DNA of 64,000 nucleotides from Promethearchaeota archaeon (lineage in GTDB: Archaea; Asgardarchaeota; Lokiarchaeia; Sigyniarchaeales; SOKP01). The notes beneath the pieces are model-generated. The model did no database searches, was not told the DNA's origin, and was given only the letters and a program-made list of their open reading frames with translations. Shown piece after piece: positions 60,801 to 64,000 of the stretch; position 1 is the first letter of the stretch, and each line of letters begins with the position of its first letter. The stretch is taken from NCBI GenBank assembly GCA_016840165.1, contig JAEOSU010000080.1, forward strand, positions 64,001-128,000, in the 5' to 3' direction. The position numbers were made by a program, and so were the translations under genes.

Positions 60801-61222
60801 GAAATTGACACTATTTTATTATTTGAGATATTAATAAAGTGTTTACTCAAGAACTTATGAAAAACTGTCAATCCTTCACTTGATTTTCCACTAATAGCAA
60901 TAAATAGGAAATCTATTAAGGGGTATATTGAAATATAAAGCACACATACTAAAAAAGGGAGGAGAAAAGCTAAAGGATGGATTTCTGGTGGTGAGATAGA
61001 GGGATTTGTCCAAAATTCAGGAGTTTTTACTGTGAAAATAAAAGCCATCACCACAACAACCATGACAGAGAAACTAAAAATTATTCCATAAAAAATTGTT
61101 AATATCCTATCTTTTAAACTAAATTCTCCTTTCTTAACCAAGCTAACTTGTTTATTAATTATAAAAAACCCGAAAATGCAGAATATTATAAACAAAACAA
61201 GAAAAATCGATTCAACAATCAA
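57875..61222 (-). CDS. Polytopic membrane protein with a large C-terminal HEAT-repeat solenoid
   Basis: About 8-9 TMs in the first ~360 aa, then repeated L-x-D-x-x-x-x-VR-x-x-A/S motifs (DSEWRIK, DPSSSVRAS, DEEWNVREAS, DKNNWVRRSS, DESKEVRRSA). Confidence 0.85.
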   Translation of the reverse strand: MIVESIFLVLFIIFCIFGFFIINKQVSLVKKGEFSLKDRILTIFYGIIFSFSVMVVVVMAFIFTVKTPEFWTNPSISPPEIHPLAFLLPFLVCVLYISIYPLIDFLFIAISGKSSEGLTVFHKFLSKHFINISNNKIVSISMAIILYLFFIIPPFFIAIVNIPFAIIWISWLLIYPITILTFFGSKGYIAGLSNAYYHIPEIKRYSFLNFENSKRGIKQFLSEPIPYITFGVMLFVFVWAWISFFQTIGLYFTGSLAFSTMTSVFVFVTLFFGVVGYFTRFWGRKIKYKAIDIYFSAYLIAAIGINVLINFLIVNSDKLSEVFNFWAITNQIIPNYLLLSWAAIIEEITMILFTTYYFLSQRNEFIINLKISKITQCGHNFDPIPLFNFLKNKNPKIHNHAKKTINLMFERITLRSEIDLNNWKFKDLLIDGLSDQNDVMRKICFNILNRLSQDAPNLIFPWLLEELESSNYTKALSIAKIILNLNNDILRTISKNKILNLIRDSEWRIKLIGIKLLIKLKLIKDELIKSNEFIKLLEDPDEKVQLEILNSIPKAPYEIPVKILIKKINHPNKEIRAKAISNLAGLKTEYIDKDLVQTLIPYMKDPSSSVRASIYTLFSKIGNFKKYSIQISPFLDALSDADKLVRDAAILVLIKFYNESPKLINLDSIINKLDKNNPSITMSILQLIGDLWEMDSEKILSTLLKFIKFENEEIKKTVSNILVENYDKSPELVFNNLITIEDDSKFFSKGIISNTIIKIARHHPYEIYERLIKSLDSENDFTRLNAINSLDGIIDDHIQKIDVGLLLNIFQREHVNEVKKNIIQLLSKVAKNSPLSFTAIINQLLDILKKQESHLKVPLIKIIMILTEKNPDIIPLDPLLELFSDNDSFIRETVVKILGFIGVKSPNQVCEFLINNALNDEEWNVREASISSIGSLVKLIKNKEQIINELVILLEDKNNWVRRSSMNLLSSIKDLQPSQIPFEKVLNNVNDKDPIVREGSANLLKIYGEEDIGKTIDYFIKLLADESKEVRRSAVNAMVDIIKNKGITKILSKLLQQLTDETAIETQQSIALILGRTVKYEEQNIKDRVISLLKVRCEMSQDPIICETLVKLKES

Positions 61223-61325
61223 TTAATTCACAATAAATTTTGTTATGTTAAGTAAATAATAAATTATTATTTCCGTTTTATTGTATAGTTTTAGTATATA
61301 AAGGTAAGTTTATTTATTAAATATA

Positions 61326-61895
61326 GTGAGTGAGACTTTGGAAAGAGTAGAGGAAAATTTCGAGAATTATTTATTAAGGCTGAATTTTATATATAAAAAT
61401 CAAACTATTACCACTAAGTGTATTAAAGATCATCCAGGAGTACCCTTATTAGGAGAAACTTACGGTCCTTATCAAAAGGATAAGGAATATAATATAAAGT
61501 TTTTTATAGCAGTACCATTCATAAAAAACGGTTATTTAAAAGTGAAAGAGACGGAGAAATGTGATAATGTTGATGTAATGAATTATGCAGTTGAGGAAGG
61601 AGATAATGAAAGCTTGATTCGCAGAGAAAATAAACATTTTCTAAATAAAATTAAAGAATTCAGATATTTTATGGAAAGAGAGGTTGAGAAAAAGTCGAGA
61701 CCAGAAGTTGAATTAAAGCGCTATAAATCATATCATGCAAGTATTGTTGATAGTAGATTAAGCAAGTTATTAAGATTAGCAAAGGTTGATTTATCGTTGA
61801 ATGATGAACAGAAATTGACAAATTCAGAGATAAGATTATTCAATCAATTTTCAAAGAAAATTAAAATTTGGAGAGAGTTTTTTTTAAATCGATAA
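61326..61895 (+). CDS. GINS subunit, Gins23/Psf2-like (B-domain then A-domain)
   Basis: N-terminal YGPY...IKFFIAVPFIKNG B-domain-like segment; helical C-terminus with RLSKLLRLA and LTNSE; near mcm. Confidence 0.6.
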   Translation: MSETLERVEENFENYLLRLNFIYKNQTITTKCIKDHPGVPLLGETYGPYQKDKEYNIKFFIAVPFIKNGYLKVKETEKCDNVDVMNYAVEEGDNESLIRRENKHFLNKIKEFRYFMEREVEKKSRPEVELKRYKSYHASIVDSRLSKLLRLAKVDLSLNDEQKLTNSEIRLFNQFSKKIKIWREFFLNR

Positions 61896-61910
61896 ATTCA
61901 GTAAGAAAGT

Positions 61911-62597
61911 TTATTTGTTAGTTTTTAATTTTATTTCTCTTATTCCATACTTTTTATAATAGGTTTCAATTTGGTGGGCAATTTTTGGATCTAAGTCCAT
62001 ATGGAATAAGATATTGGGAACATTACTCATTGAATAATATTTAATGCCCATCTCTTTTAATGTATCCTCAAAATAATTTCCATCATCTGAAATCTCTTCA
62101 CGATTAGTTAAAGCAATTACTGAAAGGATATTAATATTAAGATTTTTTAGTAAATTGACGCTTTTTATTAATGATTGACCGGTGGTACTCACATCCTCTA
62201 ATATAATTATATCACCTTTAGGATAACCAAGAAAAAACTTGTCTTTTGAATCACCATGATTCTTTGGTTTCCCTCTTCCCATTGACATAGGAAATGCCCC
62301 AATTTTGTAATCCTTATGGGATCTTGCCCATTTAAACTGAGTAATTATACCTAGTTTTGATGCACCTTCTGGAACCCCATAAAAGCAATTTGGTTCTAAT
62401 TTCAAATATTTAGTAAAAGATATTAAATAATCAGTTAATTTATCAAGTAAAAAAACATCCTCTGCAATAGTTCTCCAATTTACATAAAAACATGAAGATC
62501 TACCAGATTTTAGTTCAATTGGTTCCTCAGGAAATCCAATTACTTTGTTATTTATGATAAACTCAATGAACTGTTCCTTAACGGTTTCCCATATCAT
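61911..62597 (-). CDS. pyrE: Orotate phosphoribosyltransferase-like
   Basis: LKSGRSSCFYVN, KPKNHG loop and ILEDVSTTGQS PRPP-binding motif. Confidence 0.82.
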   Translation of the reverse strand: MIWETVKEQFIEFIINNKVIGFPEEPIELKSGRSSCFYVNWRTIAEDVFLLDKLTDYLISFTKYLKLEPNCFYGVPEGASKLGIITQFKWARSHKDYKIGAFPMSMGRGKPKNHGDSKDKFFLGYPKGDIIILEDVSTTGQSLIKSVNLLKNLNINILSVIALTNREEISDDGNYFEDTLKEMGIKYYSMSNVPNILFHMDLDPKIAHQIETYYKKYGIREIKLKTNK

Positions 62598-62606
62598 TTA
62601 AAAAGG

Positions 62607-63131
62607 TTAACCTCGCAATAATAAGTATTCTTTTCTGATTTTAGCATATTCTTCCCCTGAGATTTTTCCAGCTAAAAAATCTTTTTCTTTTTGTTGCATC
62701 AATTTCCTTTTTGTATCTAGTTTCTTTTTCTTCTCTTCGCTACTAAATCTCTCTGAAATCTTTGTTAGTAAATTTTGTACTTTTTCATTTTTTAAAGTTG
62801 CAAGTTTTTTTAAGTATGGTTTGATTGGTTCCATTTGGTCGATATTCTTCTTCGAAAGTTCTTCTAATCTTATTAGGGCATCAAGAATTTCATCCTCTTT
62901 ATCACTTTCTAATACATCTATCAAACGAGGTATAGCAACATCGTTCAAAACTTCATTGAGATAATTTTCTACTTCCTTTTTAAGTATATTATCATTATAA
63001 GATTTTAGTTGATTATTCTTGACATATTCAATAAAGATTAAAGGTAATTCGACTGGCCACTCTTCCATTTTTTCTTTATCAATTAATTGTACAATTCCAC
63101 CATCTTTTTTTTGAAACACTCTTATATCCAA
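62607..63131 (-). CDS. Hypothetical protein (HEAT-like helices and SHOCT-like C-terminus)
   Basis: IPRLIDVLESD helix pair and terminal DFLAGKISGEEYAKIRKEYL; overlaps the top6A stop. Confidence 0.6.
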   Translation of the reverse strand: MDIRVFQKKDGGIVQLIDKEKMEEWPVELPLIFIEYVKNNQLKSYNDNILKKEVENYLNEVLNDVAIPRLIDVLESDKEDEILDALIRLEELSKKNIDQMEPIKPYLKKLATLKNEKVQNLLTKISERFSSEEKKKKLDTKRKLMQQKEKDFLAGKISGEEYAKIRKEYLLLRG

Positions 63132-64000
63132 TCACCCGTACTTAATTTTTCTGGTAGATACTCTTCTGATAAAAATTCAAGCCCATGTGAAGATAATGCT
63201 TGGATCTCAGCCTTTTTCTTGAATTGTAATGCTAGTTTTAAATCTTCTTCCCATTTCTTATTTTTCTTTACAAAATCTTCCTTTAACAATTCTTTTGTTC
63301 TCTTAATGTCCATAGGTTTCATATCTAACCGTGCTTTTTTAGGAACGTTATATTTATCTAGATCTTTAGTTAACACCCCCAGAAGCTTTATATCTGGGGT
63401 TGCTAAAAACGGTGATTCATAGCTTAATCTTTTCGATCCCCGTAAATAAACACTATGAATATAGTGACCATAGGGATCACTGTCTACTAAACTAAAAACC
63501 GGTAATTGAAGTTCTTTATTTAATCTTTTTAAAAACATACGCGTAGCGATATCGGCAGCACCTTTTGCAGTCATTATTATGGAGGGATACTTCTTCCAAA
63601 ACTTATCCTCTGAAATACGCCTCATTGCGGCTTCTTTTTCAATTACAAGGATAAATTCAGCATCAGATTCAATAATATCTACTTTATCTAACATTGGAGT
63701 TATTGCCCAAGCTCCAGACCCAAATTTTTCTAAGTCGATGATATTATTTTCATCCCTAATTCTCAAGCGACCAACACACAAACCTTTAGCTGAAGCAATG
63801 ATGTGAGTGGAATTTCTAGTAGTATAGAGCATAGAAGAAATATCTTCAATACTTTTATCACTATTTTTCTGTTCTCCATATATCTCGACATCTTGATAAA
63901 AAACATCCCTTAATGTACTATGTTTATCTTTAACAAGCAACTCGTGAACTACTTCAGCAACTCTCATCAATCGGGTTATATCCGCTACACTAGCAAGAGA
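63122..64000 (-). CDS. top6A: DNA topoisomerase VI subunit A (Spo11 homolog); 5' end lies beyond the window
   Basis: TLRDVFY catalytic Tyr, VIEKE, DSDPYG (Toprim DxD) and KAEIQAL. The frame stays open to base 64000. Confidence 0.95.
   Translation of the reverse strand, partial: SLASVADITRLMRVAEVVHELLVKDKHSTLRDVFYQDVEIYGEQKNSDKSIEDISSMLYTTRNSTHIIASAKGLCVGRLRIRDENNIIDLEKFGSGAWAITPMLDKVDIIESDAEFILVIEKEAAMRRISEDKFWKKYPSIIMTAKGAADIATRMFLKRLNKELQLPVFSLVDSDPYGHYIHSVYLRGSKRLSYESPFLATPDIKLLGVLTKDLDKYNVPKKARLDMKPMDIKRTKELLKEDFVKKNKKWEEDLKLALQFKKKAEIQALSSHGLEFLSEEYLPEKLSTGDWI

Noticed and set aside
6231-63806. Numerous 60-137-aa ORFs overlapping longer genes (e.g. 6231, 7201, 9584, 28699, 29589, 33611, 37343, 40397, 56390, 63087)
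   Set aside because: They lie antisense to or out of frame within well-supported genes and show no recognisable motifs.
1-64000. Mobile elements, CRISPR arrays, rRNA, inteins, selenoprotein read-through
   Set aside because: No transposase or integrase motifs, repeat-spacer arrays, rRNA-like GC-rich tracts or intein insertions were seen, and the TGA-terminated genes appear complete.

Overview
AT-rich, gene-dense chromosomal window from an archaeon, most consistent with an Asgard archaeon of Lokiarchaeia type. Support for that call: archaeal information genes (type II MetAP, MCM, GINS-like, topoisomerase VI-A, A1:U72 tRNA-Gln) occur together with eukaryotic-signature-like genes (ribophorin-I-like, roadblock, longin-like, V4R/Bet3-like pair, long-insert Trm112). 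Main blocks: (1) glycosylation/translocation neighbourhood (UbiA-family, AglH/Alg7, ribophorin I, Sec61beta, sugar-modifying enzymes); (2) a 1210-aa orphan and a V4R pair; (3) trx/hdrC/tpi/leuS; (4) a lipS2-lplA-lipS1-cofE(+nitroreductase)-cofD cofactor operon; (5) a 7-gene MoxR/DUF58/DUF4350 operon headed by a giant transglutaminase-fold protein that has lost its catalytic triad; (6) HDAC, ADH, AOR, VIT1, rubrerythrin; (7) mcm, a membrane-anchored HEAT protein, GINS, pyrE and top6A. Most notable unannotated signals: an extensively base-paired, multi-conformation ~135-nt RNA element containing a 36-codon hydrophobic ORF between leuS and lipS2; a tRNA-Gln(UUG) with C in place of U33; and a perfect 22-bp palindrome upstream of hdrC. 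No CRISPR array, rRNA or transposase was seen. All calls come from reading motifs by eye; no database searches were run.
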